A stretch of 64,000 bases of DNA from Adineta vaga (Eukaryota; Animalia; Rotifera), in contig CP075493.1 in assembly GCA_021613535.1 (NCBI GenBank), forward strand, positions 11,284,001 through 11,348,000, given 5' to 3'. The notes beneath the pieces were generated by a model. That model saw nothing but the letters and a program-made list of their open reading frames with translations. It ran no database searches and was not told the origin of the DNA. This document shows, one piece after another, positions 13,020-25,728 of this stretch. Positions within the stretch are counted from its first letter, which is position 1. Each line of letters begins with the position of its first letter. The translations under genes were made by a program, and so were the position numbers.

Positions 13020-14264
13020 TCACGGACATCGGATAATCTCATCTTGATCATTCGATGACATTTTTGATTCACATGATTTTCGACTATTTAATAATTGTTC
13101 AGTAGTAAAAATAATTTCATTTCCTTTTCGTGATCGAACATCTCCACCATATTTGTTTTCTAATTGTTTTTGAAAATTACGGACTTGAATATGATCAGGA
13201 GCAAGTAATAATATCTGTCGATATATTTCATAAATTCCTTGTGTCGTTGCTTTTAAACGCATTGTTTCACGTTCTTCATCAGTAAGATTTGGAATAGTGG
13301 CTAAAATTTGATTCCATTGATTCATTAAATCTGTATCAGTATTTTCTCGAAAAGATTGATCTTTCGAACATATCGGCGTGGATTGAAGTTTTTCAATTTT
13401 ACAGATAATACGACGTGATGTATGTTCCAAATAGTTACGAAAATCTATAAATATTAACAAAAGAAATCAAGAGATGCCTTCAGTGTGTGACTTACGACCG
13501 AGATAATCTTTAAATTTTTGAAGACCAAATTGTTCTGGTTTGATATAAATTCGATCACCATAATAGGGATCCGATTCGTTGTCATATAAACTTCTCAATT
13601 CTCCAAACAGAATATGACCGAAACCATTTGGCATACAACCATGTTTGATATCCATTCCACTATATATATAAAGAAAAACAATCATCTTCTACAACTACAT
13701 TCAATGCACTTACTACGCTGGATACATTGATTTTCGTTCATCTTTTGGACCACGTTCACGAAAATGTGACGATTCATCTCCACGTACATAAATAAATGAT
13801 TTTGGAGTTGATCGAGCAAGTTTGATTAGATTTAAAATCGATGTAAGACTATTCATAACGAAATGTTTCAAACGTTTGTAATAACCAGAAAGTTGCTCTT
13901 CACTACCATAGGGTTGAGCATCTTTAGCAGTCATAAATCGAGTAAAAAATTGCTTTGTTGAATCATATAAAATAAACATTCCTTTCGAAAATTGAATAGG
14001 CTGTCCATTGAGAATTGCTTCTTGCATAAAAAAGTGTAAGAGCGAACAAATATTATCTTCATTGATATCCCTGTACGATTGATCATTTAAAATGATTTCA
14101 GCGAAAAACTTTCGACCGAAATTTGCTCGAGTAGCATTGATATTTACCTTTGGTTGTTCACAACAAGTCTCATTCGTATTCAATCTAATTGGTACTTTTC
14201 TTAATGACCAACCGTAGATCGACGAAATATAAATCAGAAAAAAAAGTATAAAGAAACGAAACAT
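13020..14264 (-). CDS. Predicted secreted protein of unknown function, 379 aa (exons 14264-13714, 13659-13496, 13444-13020)
   Basis: N-terminal hydrophobic signal MFRFFILFFLIYISSIYG. Two GT-AG introns join three ORF-track fragments in phase. Confidence 0.7.
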
Positions 14265-14492
14265 ATGGCGGGTAATATGCATATAAATATGAGAATAAAT
14301 CGTTTTATAATATACTTCATGATATTCATTCATGTGTTATATATTTACTTAAATATTTGCTTTATTAGTATGTTGTCATGAAACAAACGTACAATGGTGG
14401 CAGCAAGGAGAAGGAGAGAAAAAGAACTGTATAAGTTAATACTGATTCAACTTGAAAGTATTTGACAGGAAGAAAATTTTGAAAATATATAC

Positions 14493-17400
14493 TCAAGATG
14501 GATGAAAATATTTTGCTCGATGGTAACTATTATAATTATAACATAGTGCTTTCCATTTACATGGAACTTGACAGTGAGTTGTTGATTGGTATAGTTCTGT
14601 ATATGATGGATGTGAATATCTTGTGCGATGGGGGATACTATGATCCCGACAGTCGACTCGCCATTTGCACTCCATTTTTGCTGTTTGCGATTTCTGAAAG
14701 ATTTGTTCTTCATTAGAACTGTACACATGAGCATATTTCATACAATGATTTGGAGTGTTGTGCGAAAGACTTCGAATGTCTATTGCTCCTGATAACTCCT
14801 CGAAATGAAGACAATCAGATGGTGTTTGTGGACAAGAAGAAGCAAACGGAAGTTCAAATTCTTCGAAGCGATTTTTCTTGCACAACATTTCCAAAATATC
14901 ACGGTCAGGACAACGTGGAGCACAATGACGGAATTTACTACAGTGACTGGCAACTTCTTTTCGATATTCCATACATTTATGTGCTTTTTCACACAGAGGT
15001 AAATGACGATACTGTTTTAAATGTTCATCGTTTTGTTTCTGACATCGACCTTCGTCTGGACAATAATCTGGATGGTCGAATTCTCGTGGATGATTTTCCT
15101 CATTAATCCGGTGACATAAACCACCGTCTCGACATTGCTTTCGATGAATGAATGAAGTTGTATGAACTATATCATCCGTTCTTTTACATTTCACATTAAT
15201 AGTTGCTTGAATACAAAGAGGTGGATGAGAAAATTGATTACTATGCTGATGTTTATACATCTCCCTACATTTCGCACCATATTTGCAAGGTGTTCGATCA
15301 AATATTGTCACATTAGCAACAGTTACACCATCACTTAAAAGTCGATAAGGTCCAATGATTATATTAGATTTGTTCATTGCAGTGTTCGGTTCTACAGTTT
15401 GACCATCTAAGATAGTAGCAAACGGTTGATAGTTTCCTTCTGGATTAAGTTGACGACCAGCATTATAATCGTCAACAATAGCAAATACAATCGTGTCGAA
15501 AAAACCAGCGTATTGTTCGATAACGGAATAAAAGATTTTTGCAACATGTTCAGTTGGATTTTTAAAAGCTCCACAACCAAGTGCTGATAGAATGAGACAA
15601 TCGTGATTATGATGATGAGCTATAGCAAAGATATTTTCAATCTTTTTCCTTGTTCCAACAGCAAACTGGGGTGCAAGAAAATTCCCTTTCAATTCAGGAT
15701 CACGATAAGCAGCCATGGCAATGGAACAAACATTTTCTAATGGATTTTCCATAAAGGCATAACCTTTTTCTTCTGTTTGTCGAAAAACAGTAATACCTGT
15801 CGTATAGATAGCACCATATTCATTCATTGGATACATATTATTTGGATCTGAAATACGATCAAGACGACTCTCGGATGTGCAATGAAAACGATCAGCACGC
15901 GGTTCTTTAAGAAAATCGTCAAGACCAATATCAAGACTACGACAATAATCCGATCGACGAAAGATATTTTCTTCTTGTGCTCCATCACCTTTCCGAAATC
16001 CACCACCAGGACTAGTTGCACTTGCCATATTGAGAAGAACAGGTCGTTTACCCATTTTCGTCATACGTTCATATTCATGCAAACAATCGTTACGAACGAC
16101 ACGAATCGTCGTTCGAGAATAAGGTGTTTTTGTGAAATTTAATTTTTCCGTTCTTTCAAGAGTTGATTCATGATTATAAACAATAGTTTTCAATTCATTT
16201 TTTAAATTCAATTGTATTTCACGATCTTCAATCATAAAACTTCTTTTTTTAATAACACCAAGTGTATTTAACATGACAGTAACTCGAAGTAAATGACGTA
16301 TTTGATCTGGTGTTGGTTTCTTTGGATCATGGGAAGTACCATGAGCTGGATCACGTTTTTGGTTTTTTACACGCTCAAACTGTTCATTCCATAGGTGCGA
16401 ATTCCAACGATAACGAAAGATTTTATGTTTAGGATTAGCAACAAATTGCATTATATCCGGTTTGATTTCTAACATTTCTCTCTCATACCATGTATCATCA
16501 TCAATTTCACCTCCATCTGAATTATTTGAAGTATTGCCAAGAACCATAGTGAGCACAGTGCCATTATCAATACGAAGTGCTCCACGATCTAGACATTTTT
16601 CAAATACATCTTCGTCAGATAATTCCAGAATAAGATGATCACCAATAAGCTTATGATGTATAACTGCATTTCGAAATTCTCTATGTTTAATAATACTTTG
16701 AATGGAAGATGATTTGGGAATTGGATGTAGAACTAGTCGACAAGCAAGTTTCGTCTTTTTTTGTAATGTTATTTTATCAACAATAACAAAACTTTTCGTT
16801 GACCATAGTCTTGCGACATTAGCAGAAATAATACATGCCGAACCTGAATGTTTGTTAATTTGAACATAAAGAGAAGTCGACAGATCAGATTCTCCAATTT
16901 CACGAGCAATTGCGTCGTGTAAATGTTGTTTCTTAAATGTCGCGGTAAATCATCGAAGAAACAACTATCTGCACAATAGTATATATCACCTAAGAAATTT
17001 TTTAGTCGAAAAGTTTCATGGGATGAAGCACCTGTAAGTTCTTCTAACGAAGAAGAAACAACACGATAAATGTTCGAAAATTGTGCATTCAATATATCGC
17101 ATGATAACAATGGCTTCTCTCCTTTGTGTACCTCCAGCCACCGACGAGACACTTCCTTTGCTGTTGGTAATTGTTCATCTTGTAATTCTTTGGTGACATT
17201 GAGCACGACGTACGAAATGAGTTCAATGGTTTCAACTATTGTGATAAAATCTTTTGCACGTTTTGGATCTAATGCAATTTTTCCAATTTTGTTCAACAGA
17301 CGATCTTTCAGGTCGTTGTTAGCCACATGTATGACACCAATACCTAATTTTAAATAACATTTTACTTTCTTTGGCTTCATTGAAGCGAGATCTTCAATTC

Positions 17401-19208
17401 GTCTAGCAATTAATATTTCCAGTTTATAATCATCGTCAGTATTCAATGGTAGATCAGGTATGTAAACTATATGTGTGTGTTCGAGATTTGATGAAGATGA
17501 CCTATGCGATTTTTCTGATGTTATTGATTTTTTATGCGATGCAGATTGTCGATTATTTTCATCTGACTTGCATACTAAATAACAACATGTTAAATTATTA
17601 ATGTGGAATGTCGATTAGTAATTTAAAAGAAGTATATTTTATTAAGTATTCAAAATCAGTTATATCATCAACTAAATCGATAACATATTCTGTCAAATAA
17701 ACTTACCAGTCGATCTCTCCGACGATGAGATATGTTGTTTCAATTCAAGTGATCGTTGATGCCAATGCATACTCATATCGTAGTCACCGTTCTGTGATGT
17801 CAATTTCCCCAAATCTTCATATAATTCAATAAGTAAAGAATCATTTGGTGGAAGTTGTTTGATGAACCGATGAAAATATTGTTCTGCTAATTGAAATTTT
17901 CCCATTCGTAATAAAATGTTTCCAAATACTCGAAGGTTTGTTTCTCCATTGCCAACTTGTTGTTTCATATGATTAAGAACTTGTTTCAGATCATGTTCAT
18001 CATCATTACATAAAGTCATTCGAATAATCCAAAGCTGTTGATCATCTTGATGAATGTTCTGAAGGCGAAATATAGATCCAAGCATAAAGAGAACTTCTAA
18101 TTCATCCGCAAAATAACTGTATGAACTTATTTCAGCGAATGGTTTTGAACTAATCGTTTTAGAATCAGAATTGATTTCAAATAAAACTCGTTGTAATTCC
18201 GACGAATTATCAGAAAGTTCAAAAAAGGAAAGAGCTCGGTCCTGTAAAAGACTAGTAGAAAAGAATGAGTTAATTGAAATAAATTGTCCAATACGCTTTT
18301 CCAAAGTTTTCAATTCATTCAATGGCATCATTTGAGATCGATAAACTTGCATGGGGATTTTTGATTGATAATCTAGTAAACAATGATAAATATCTGAGAT
18401 AAATGAACGAAATAAAAATATCATATGAATATCTTGATTGCGCAATGCAGTATTGAGTGTTTTGTAAAAGAAGGATTCTCTTGTATACCACCATAATGCG
18501 TTACTTGATGAATAGCCTTCTTCGAATTCTCGAAGATTATTCATTTCATCAGGATTTCCTTGATATTGCTTTTTAAGATGTTCAACAAGTTCATTTCGAT
18601 CAGCTGGATGTGATTTCAATCGTAAAAGACAATCGACAAGAATTTGTGAAAAAACAAATTGTCCATTGACACCAGTTGTCGATGTACCAAGAGAACTAGT
18701 TGTGCTAAAGAAACTCATTGCTAACGGTTCTTCAACTTTCTTTTGTATTCTATGATCTGATTCAATTCGAAATATAAGCTCATTAAGTTCAGTAAGAACA
18801 GCTTTTATCTACAATTATTAATCAAATTGAGAATATTTTCATATTTGTATGTATATAAGTTACTTTTGAGAATTTCGATGACCATTGTTCATTAGTTTTT
18901 TTATCAGCACAATAAACATATATTGATATAACATGTTTATAGTCATGAATATATGGTACGATTTCTTTTCCTAATTTTCCATTGACAATGACAACTAGTC
19001 GGTCCTTTTGTGATCTTTCTTCGATAAAGTTTAGACACTGCTTAACATCTTGAAATTTTTTTACATGATTTATAATACAACGAAGTTTACGTTCTGTATC
19101 ACGTGATTCAGTAAGATTGGTATCGAGCCAAATAAGGCTAAATATTTTTAATTGTTTATCATGATCGTCTGTATGCATATCATCACTGGATAAATCAACT
19201 CTTGCCAT
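14493..19208 (-). CDS. Multidomain ADP-ribosylation protein: N-terminal module + ART (R-S-E) + TPR + linker/RRM-like region + microbial-type PARG (DUF2263/TIGR02452) + PBZ-like zinc fingers; one -1 frameshift near 16935
   Basis: Exons 19208-18864, 18808-17707 and 17574-14493 join in phase. ART motifs VYRSQ, FISINSFFSTS, DELEVLF. TPR-like GNILLRMGKFQLAEQYF and GDYDMSMHWHQRSLE. PARG signature LNMASATSPGGGFRKGDGAQEENIFRRS and LILSALGCGAFKNP. Repeated C-x5-C-x(6-9)-H-x5-H-P motifs at the C-terminus. Confidence 0.8.
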
Positions 19209-19889
19209 AATAATTAATAAAATAAGATAATCTGAAAATATTATATCTCGTTTTTATTTTTATTTACAACAAAATGAATGCGTGCTCATTGCTTTGTACT
19301 GTCATGAGTGCATATTTATTTACCAACGTATACAAAATTGAATAGACTGACTAATGAGAATAATTTAGTCAGCCACTTTTCTTTTCCAGGATGGAAATCG
19401 TAATCTTGCATCTCGATGTTTTCTGGCGTGGTCTAATCTAGTCACTAACTGTCTGATAAAAATGTGCGTAGTAAGAAACTTGCAAAAAAAGGATTTATTT
19501 TCCTTGATATTGCAGCATTCTAAAGCTTGTTGGACTTTCGCGGAGGTGACTCGGAAGAGCATGTAATAAAAATTTCGTGTTTCGTGCACAAAAAAAGTAT
19601 GCTTGTGGACAAAAAAAGACCGACTGATTGTAGCAACTGCTTTCGAATGTGTTTAACTTGAAAGTGAAAGTGCTTCAGTAGCATAAGATGTATGCTTCTA
19701 CGAGAAGAATACTGATTGTTGTTTGCTTATTCGTTCTGTTTGATTTTCTTCGAGACGAATAATAGTGATGTAAAAGAAGCGATGGATTTCGCTTTATTTT
19801 GATCCACTGTAATTAAAGTTTCAAAGAGAAAAACACGAGAAAAAAAGATTGCTAATCGAAAAACAATAGTCTCTGCTGCAAAACTCGAA

Positions 19890-20455
19890 TGTCTTTTGTT
19901 AGATCATCCTGTTCGTCTTCTTCCTCTTCAACTACTTGAATTTCAGCATCGCCATCTTCAACGTTGTCATTGCTTTTCAAATAATCAATATCATCTTTAT
20001 CTTGCCAATTTTATTTGCCGATTGCTTCAGCCCCCAATTTTTTGACTGTGCAAGCAGCATTTCACAGTTATCCGTGTTTCAAATAGTCATATGGTATATA
20101 AAAGTAAGCTCGGTCACCCAATCTTAACACAAGAAAGATGACATCTTATTGAGATAAATTTTTGAAAAACTTACTCATCTACGTCTCCATGAATTTTGTA
20201 CAATAAATACGCTCGAGCGATCACTATAACCAACTACTAGAAGGGTATGTCTAAATCACATCGATTTCCTTTGTAGTGAAGTTACTACAACTGAAGAAGT
20301 GCGATTACCTTCCATGTAATAATCGACCTATTCTATTACTGTTCGGTATACGAACAATTCCATGTTCATCTGCTTTGTCAAATGACTTATAGAAATTGTG
20401 ATTAACTATGAAAGAAAAGCCTTGAGCAAGACAAGATTTCATCGATATCTTTGCC
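19890..20455 (-). pseudogene. Decayed third copy of the papain-like C1A protease (3' part only)
   Basis: Recognisable remnants MKSCLAQGFSF..FDKADEHGIV, HTLLVVGYSDRS.VFIVQNSW, GDRAYFYIPYDY and an acidic tail, with stops and indels. Same intron positions as the intact copies. Confidence 0.75.
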
Positions 20456-21120
20456 TGCTAGCTATTAATAAATGTGATAGATGACTACTCCTAGAGAAAA
20501 AGAAAAGATTTCTTTGGAAATCATCCTGCTATATAATGTATTTTTCTTCGTTTTCTTAGTCGTATTTGTTTGGAGTAGAAGTATGTTGACCGTTTGAAAT
20601 AGGTACCTACAAATGAATAGAACTGTATTGCCGTGAATAAGCAATGGGAGATGCCGTTTCTTTCTATTTGTATATACTGATTAACATAATCATATTTACG
20701 TTGATATTCGACATTCAAATATTTCTTGAATAAAAACAGCAATAATATATAGATGTCTGATGATTCTTTCTTCGTACTTTTGATGTTTGTCATTTATTTT
20801 CTATTTTGATTGATTTTAACTGAAAAATGATCCGATTGCTCAAAGTGTGCTTATTATGATAGAGTCAATGTGTTCTTCATTCATTTCTCGATGATGAAAA
20901 ATCGATTTAAATAAGACAATTTTATCCGGTTTTCTTCAGATGGATGATGATATCGAAGAGAGGATTACCACATGAATAATAAGTATATATGTTACCCACA
21001 CCCTCAAGATAGTGTGAGCTTCTCTATATTTTTAAAAGAAGAACATTGTGAAAAATAATTTTCAACAGAAAATAAAAATCCTCAATACAACATTCAAATT
21101 TCTTTCGTTGAATTGTTTTA

Positions 21121-22390
21121 TTATTCATCTTCGTCCTCGTCGTCTTCTTCTTCATCATCTTCATCTTCTTCTTCTACTTCTTCGATATCGGCATCATCTT
21201 CATCTTCATCATCTTCCTCTTCTTCTTCATCATCATCTTCTAAATAATCAACCTCATCTTCATCGTTCCAACCTTCATTGCCCATTGTTGCAACTCCTAA
21301 CTTTTTAACTGTCCAAGCAGCATTACATAATTCATCACTTCCCAAATAATCATATGGTATATAACAATAACCTCGATCGCCCTAAATGCAAAGAAAGAAA
21401 ACATTTGTCGCTGGAATAAATTATTGAAAAACTCACCCAAACTTGTCCCCACGAATTCCGTACAATGAATGCTCTCGAATGATCACTATAGCCAGCGACG
21501 ACAAGAGCATGACTAAAACAAATCAATTTCTCTCATATCGAAATCAATATAACCATTCAAGAATATAATTACCTTCCATGTGATGAACGACCTATTTCAT
21601 TAGCTTTTGGCATAGGAACAATTCCATGGTCATCTGCTTTGTCAAATGACTTGAACAGATTGAGACTGATGAGAAAAGGATATCCTTGAGCAAGACAAGC
21701 TTTCATCTCATTCACATTTATATCAACTTCAAGCGCTTCGGTAATACTGTTTGATACAGCAGCAGCATAACACTGTTTATTTGGTTTCGTATTGACTTTT
21801 TTAATATTATATGGCCATAGCCATTCAGCACAAACACCCTGTTCTTCAACGGCTTCAATTGTTGTAGCAATACTCGTACCTTCATCAGTAATATCAGGAT
21901 CACCTTCGTTATCTTTAATTCGACTGTTGTAGTAAATAAAGAGACGACTGACATCTTCTAGACGACCAGTAATTCTGTAGTTCAAATACTCATAGATTCC
22001 AGCCATGGCATTTGCCGTACTATAAGAATAGATTAAAACGGAGTGGTGCTAATATGAATACGTGATACTTACCAACTGTTTGCATCAGATTGATCTTCGA
22101 TCTGTGTCATCCATGGTCGAAGATCAACTTTTTGTGGTAATTGTGGAGCACTGTAGACGACATATTGTGAGAAATCTCTGTTTAAACTAGCTTTCTGTGG
22201 TTTTTTCGCAGTATCTTTTGAACCATTGAGACGAAAACGTTTGTTTGTCTTCCGATTGTGCAAGAATGTTTTCTTGATGATATGTCCTTTATCTTTGGGT
22301 ATTTGAGCGGTCATTGTAGTTCTATGTGATATTCAAAAGAAAGTTATCATCAATATGATCCTACTTCACAGATGCCTACCTACTAGCCAT
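21121..22390 (-). CDS. Papain-family (C1A) cysteine protease, bacterial-type, with Asp/Glu-rich tail, copy 1 (5 exons)
   Basis: LPQKVDLRPW..IEDQSDANS|C|TANA (oxyanion Q, catalytic C split by an intron), SRLFIYYN, HALVVAGY (His), FIVRNSWG (Asn), GDRGYCYIPYDY. Poly-D/E C-terminus. Confidence 0.88.
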
Positions 22391-22802
22391 TGACAAACTT
22401 AGTAGTTTTTTGCCCTACAAAGGAAAAACATTATACAGAAATTATGCTGCTATGTCATTCTAAATACTTTGTTGTTACTCTTTTTATGATGTAGATATAT
22501 CGTTTAAAATAAGTAGTGATAAAGAATAAATACGTTAAATATTTTTTTGTTATGATATTATTCATCCACCTGTGTTTACTGACTTGTGACAAACGACGAG
22601 AAGAAGAGAAACAAATACATGTTAAGATGTAATTACTATAGTGTTGACATGAATAATCGAACGGATACGCCTTTTTTCTGTTCGAAGTTCAAAAATTCTA
22701 CAAATATTCATTGTGAATTTTATTAAAATAATCTCTGTGACGCGAAATATTGATGAAATATAGTAAAAAAAGATTTTCATTGAATAGAAAATAAAAATAT
22801 TA

Positions 22803-24056
22803 TTATTCGTCGTCATCATCATCTTCATCATAGTCTTCTTCTTCTACTTCTTCGATATCAGCATCGTCATCATCTTCATCATCATCATCTTCTTCTTCAT
22901 CATCATCTTCTAAATAGTCCTCCTCATCTTCATCTTCCCAACCTTCGTTGCCCATCGTTGCAACTCCTAACTTTTTAACTGTCCAGGCAGAATCACACAA
23001 ATCGCTATTTCCTATATAATCATATGGTATATAACAGTAACCTCGATCACCCTAAATCAACAGAAAAAAAGAGATAATTTTTGTTGTAATAATTTATTAG
23101 AAAACTCACCCAACTTTGTCCCCATGAATTTCGTACAATAAATGCTCTTGAATGATCGCTATAACCTGATAATACGACAGAATGTCTACAACGAAATAAG
23201 AGAAAAAGAACTATTGTGAAGTTTGATATAAAACAATTACCTTCCGTGGGATGCTCGACTTGTTTCAGTACTTTTCGGCATAGGAACAATTCCATGTGTA
23301 CTTGCCTTATCAAAAGATTTGAACAATTCGAGAATAAGTAAGATAGGAAATCCTTGAGCGAGACATGCCCTCATCTCGTTCAGATCGATATCAACTGCAA
23401 GTGCTTCGCTGATGCTATTTGCTACAGCAGCATCGTAGCATTGTTTATTTGGTTTTGTATTGACTTTTCTTATATTGTATGGCCAAATATACTCTGGACA
23501 GACACCAAATTCTTCAACAGTTTCAATCGTGGAAGCTACAGTACTTCCATCATCGATAACATGAGGATCATCATCGTTATCTCGAACTCGAGCATTGTAG
23601 TAGACAAAAAGACGACTGACATCCTCAAGACGACCTGTAATTCTGTAGTTCAAATACTCATAGATTCCAGCCATGGCATTTGCTGTACTATAAGAATGGA
23701 TTAAAACGGAGTGGTGCTAATATGAATACGTGATACTTACCAACTGTTTGCATCAGATTGATCTTCGATCTGTGTCATCCATGGTCGAAGATCAACTTTT
23801 TGTGGTAATTGTGGAGCACTGTAGACGACATATTGTGAGAAATCTCTGTTTAGACTAGCTTTTTGGTTTTCGAGCACTGTCTTTAGCGCCATTGAGACGA
23901 TAACGTTGATTTGTTTTTCGATTGTGCAAGAATGTTTTCTTAATAATAGGTCCTTTACCTTTTAATGTTTGAGTGGTTGTGGTAGTTCTACATGAAATTC
24001 AAAAGAAAGTTATTACTAATCTGACTAAATTTCAAAGATGCCTACTTGCTTGCCAT
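22803..24056 (-). CDS. Papain-family (C1A) cysteine protease with acidic tail, copy 2 (tandem paralogue)
   Basis: Same exon structure and catalytic Q/C/H/N residues as copy 1, offset by about 1,668 nt. Confidence 0.88.
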
Positions 24057-24528
24057 TATTACAGTGCTATTTAGTTGTTTCCTCAAAATAGGAAAAAATA
24101 TTTATTTAGAAAATTATATTGCTACTTGTTTGTAACGGAGATATGTTGTTTGTTTGAAACACAGGTAATGATGATGAATAATTACGTTAAATATATTTTT
24201 TGTTATGACATTATCGATCCACGTGTGTTTAGTGAATTGAGACAGTTGAAACGAAGAGGAAAAACAGATAGATATTTGTAATATCACATTGTTCATAGTT
24301 ATGAAATATTATAGATAAAAATAATATTTTTGAAGTCTATATGAATTAATAGTTGTTTGCGTTTGCGAGCTGGAGAAAAAGATAAGAATATAAAACAAAA
24401 CACATTGATGTGCATTTTCAACATTTAATAATATAAAGCAAGATACGAAAATGTCAGTTCTATAAATCACATACTTGAAACAACGAATAAAGAAAATATA
24501 ACATTTTGATTTATATTGATTTGTATAG

Positions 24529-25476
24529 ATGGTATCACCGCTACCCAAACAGCAGATTATGATGGAATATCTTGGTGAAGATCATAGTATAGAAAATGAA
24601 TTGCTTCAGACCACTCCTTATGAACTTAAAATAATAAAAAGATCACCAATAGATGAATTACTTGCATGTTTTTCGTCGATGCCTGTCGCTTTGATTAGTT
24701 TTGGTATTCCATTGACTGCCGAGATTATCTCTCAAATGCCATCTTCAATTAAAGTGATTGCTCAACGTGCAGCTGGTTATGAGAATGTTGATGTTAAAAT
24801 GTGTCGACAAAGAAATATAGAAGTTTGTTACGTACCAGATTATGGAACAAATACAGTTGCAGATCATGCAGTCGCTCTTGTCTTTGCTGTTCAACGTCGT
24901 TTATTAACTTTTCATAAGTCTATTGTTGACATGCATGTATGGAATCGTCGAATAGCTGGACAATTACGAAATATGGATACAATGACATTAGGTATTATTG
25001 GTTGTGGACGTATTGGTACATGTTTTGCAAATAAAATGCGACCATTTGTAAAACAAATTTTAACTCATAATCCAAAAGATTCGACAACATCTACATTAAA
25101 AGAAATTTTTGAGCAATGCGATATTATCTCATTGCATATTCCATATACAAGTGCAAATCATCATCTGATTTCATCAGAAACGATAGCTCAAATGAAACAA
25201 CGACCCATTCTAATTAATGTTAGTCGAGGTAATCTTGTCGATACTAAAGCTCTGATTCAAGCATTAAAGAATGGTCAAATCTCTTATGCTGCACTTGATG
25301 TCGTTGAAAATGAACCTAACATTAACGAAGATTTAATTCAATTGGATAATGTACTTCTTACACCACATATCGCTTGGTATTCAACAGAATCAGAACGATC
25401 TCTCAGAACCAAGTCAATGATCGATGTTTTACGAGTATTAAGAGGTGAAAAACCGATGTATCCAGTTCCACAATAA
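24529..25476 (+). CDS. D-isomer-specific 2-hydroxyacid dehydrogenase (bacterial CtBP/PGDH-like), no intron in the CDS
   Basis: AGYENVDV, VPDYGT.TVADHA, Rossmann GIIGCGRIG, DIISLHIP, INVSRG (Arg), LDVVENEP (Glu), TPHIAW (His). Confidence 0.88.
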   Translation: MVSPLPKQQIMMEYLGEDHSIENELLQTTPYELKIIKRSPIDELLACFSSMPVALISFGIPLTAEIISQMPSSIKVIAQRAAGYENVDVKMCRQRNIEVCYVPDYGTNTVADHAVALVFAVQRRLLTFHKSIVDMHVWNRRIAGQLRNMDTMTLGIIGCGRIGTCFANKMRPFVKQILTHNPKDSTTSTLKEIFEQCDIISLHIPYTSANHHLISSETIAQMKQRPILINVSRGNLVDTKALIQALKNGQISYAALDVVENEPNINEDLIQLDNVLLTPHIAWYSTESERSLRTKSMIDVLRVLRGEKPMYPVPQ

Positions 25477-25728
25477 AAAGAACTATTCAATTAAACAATT
25501 TGACGACCATACATTGTTAGAGGATATGTATTGATATAAGAAATTATCATAAACAGTCACTGTTCTTTCATCATAATAATAAAATAAAAGAGTTGTTTCT
25601 ATTTTGTTGGTTTCTTTATTCTAACAGCAAAAAGATATCGTTTAGTAGTTGCAGATAAAATAGAACGAATTAAAATATGACATCTTATCTTGTTGCTTAC
25701 ATCTTATAATATTCACTTTCATTTAATC

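Noticed and set aside
14447-16142. Several short overlapping ORFs on both strands
   Set aside because: Alternate-frame or antisense shadows of the PARG-zinc finger exon, with no independent motifs.
16925-16950. Programmed -1 ribosomal frameshift in the ART-PARG gene
   Set aside because: No canonical X XXY YYZ slippery heptamer or evident downstream structure. A single-base deletion (mutation or assembly error) is simpler.
20521-20793. 90-aa minus-strand ORF upstream of the protease relic
   Set aside because: No recognisable motifs and no similarity to the protease 5' exons; cannot be supported as a gene.
21048-21308. His/Leu-rich + strand ORF
   Set aside because: Antisense shadow of the GAT/GAA-rich acidic tail of the protease.
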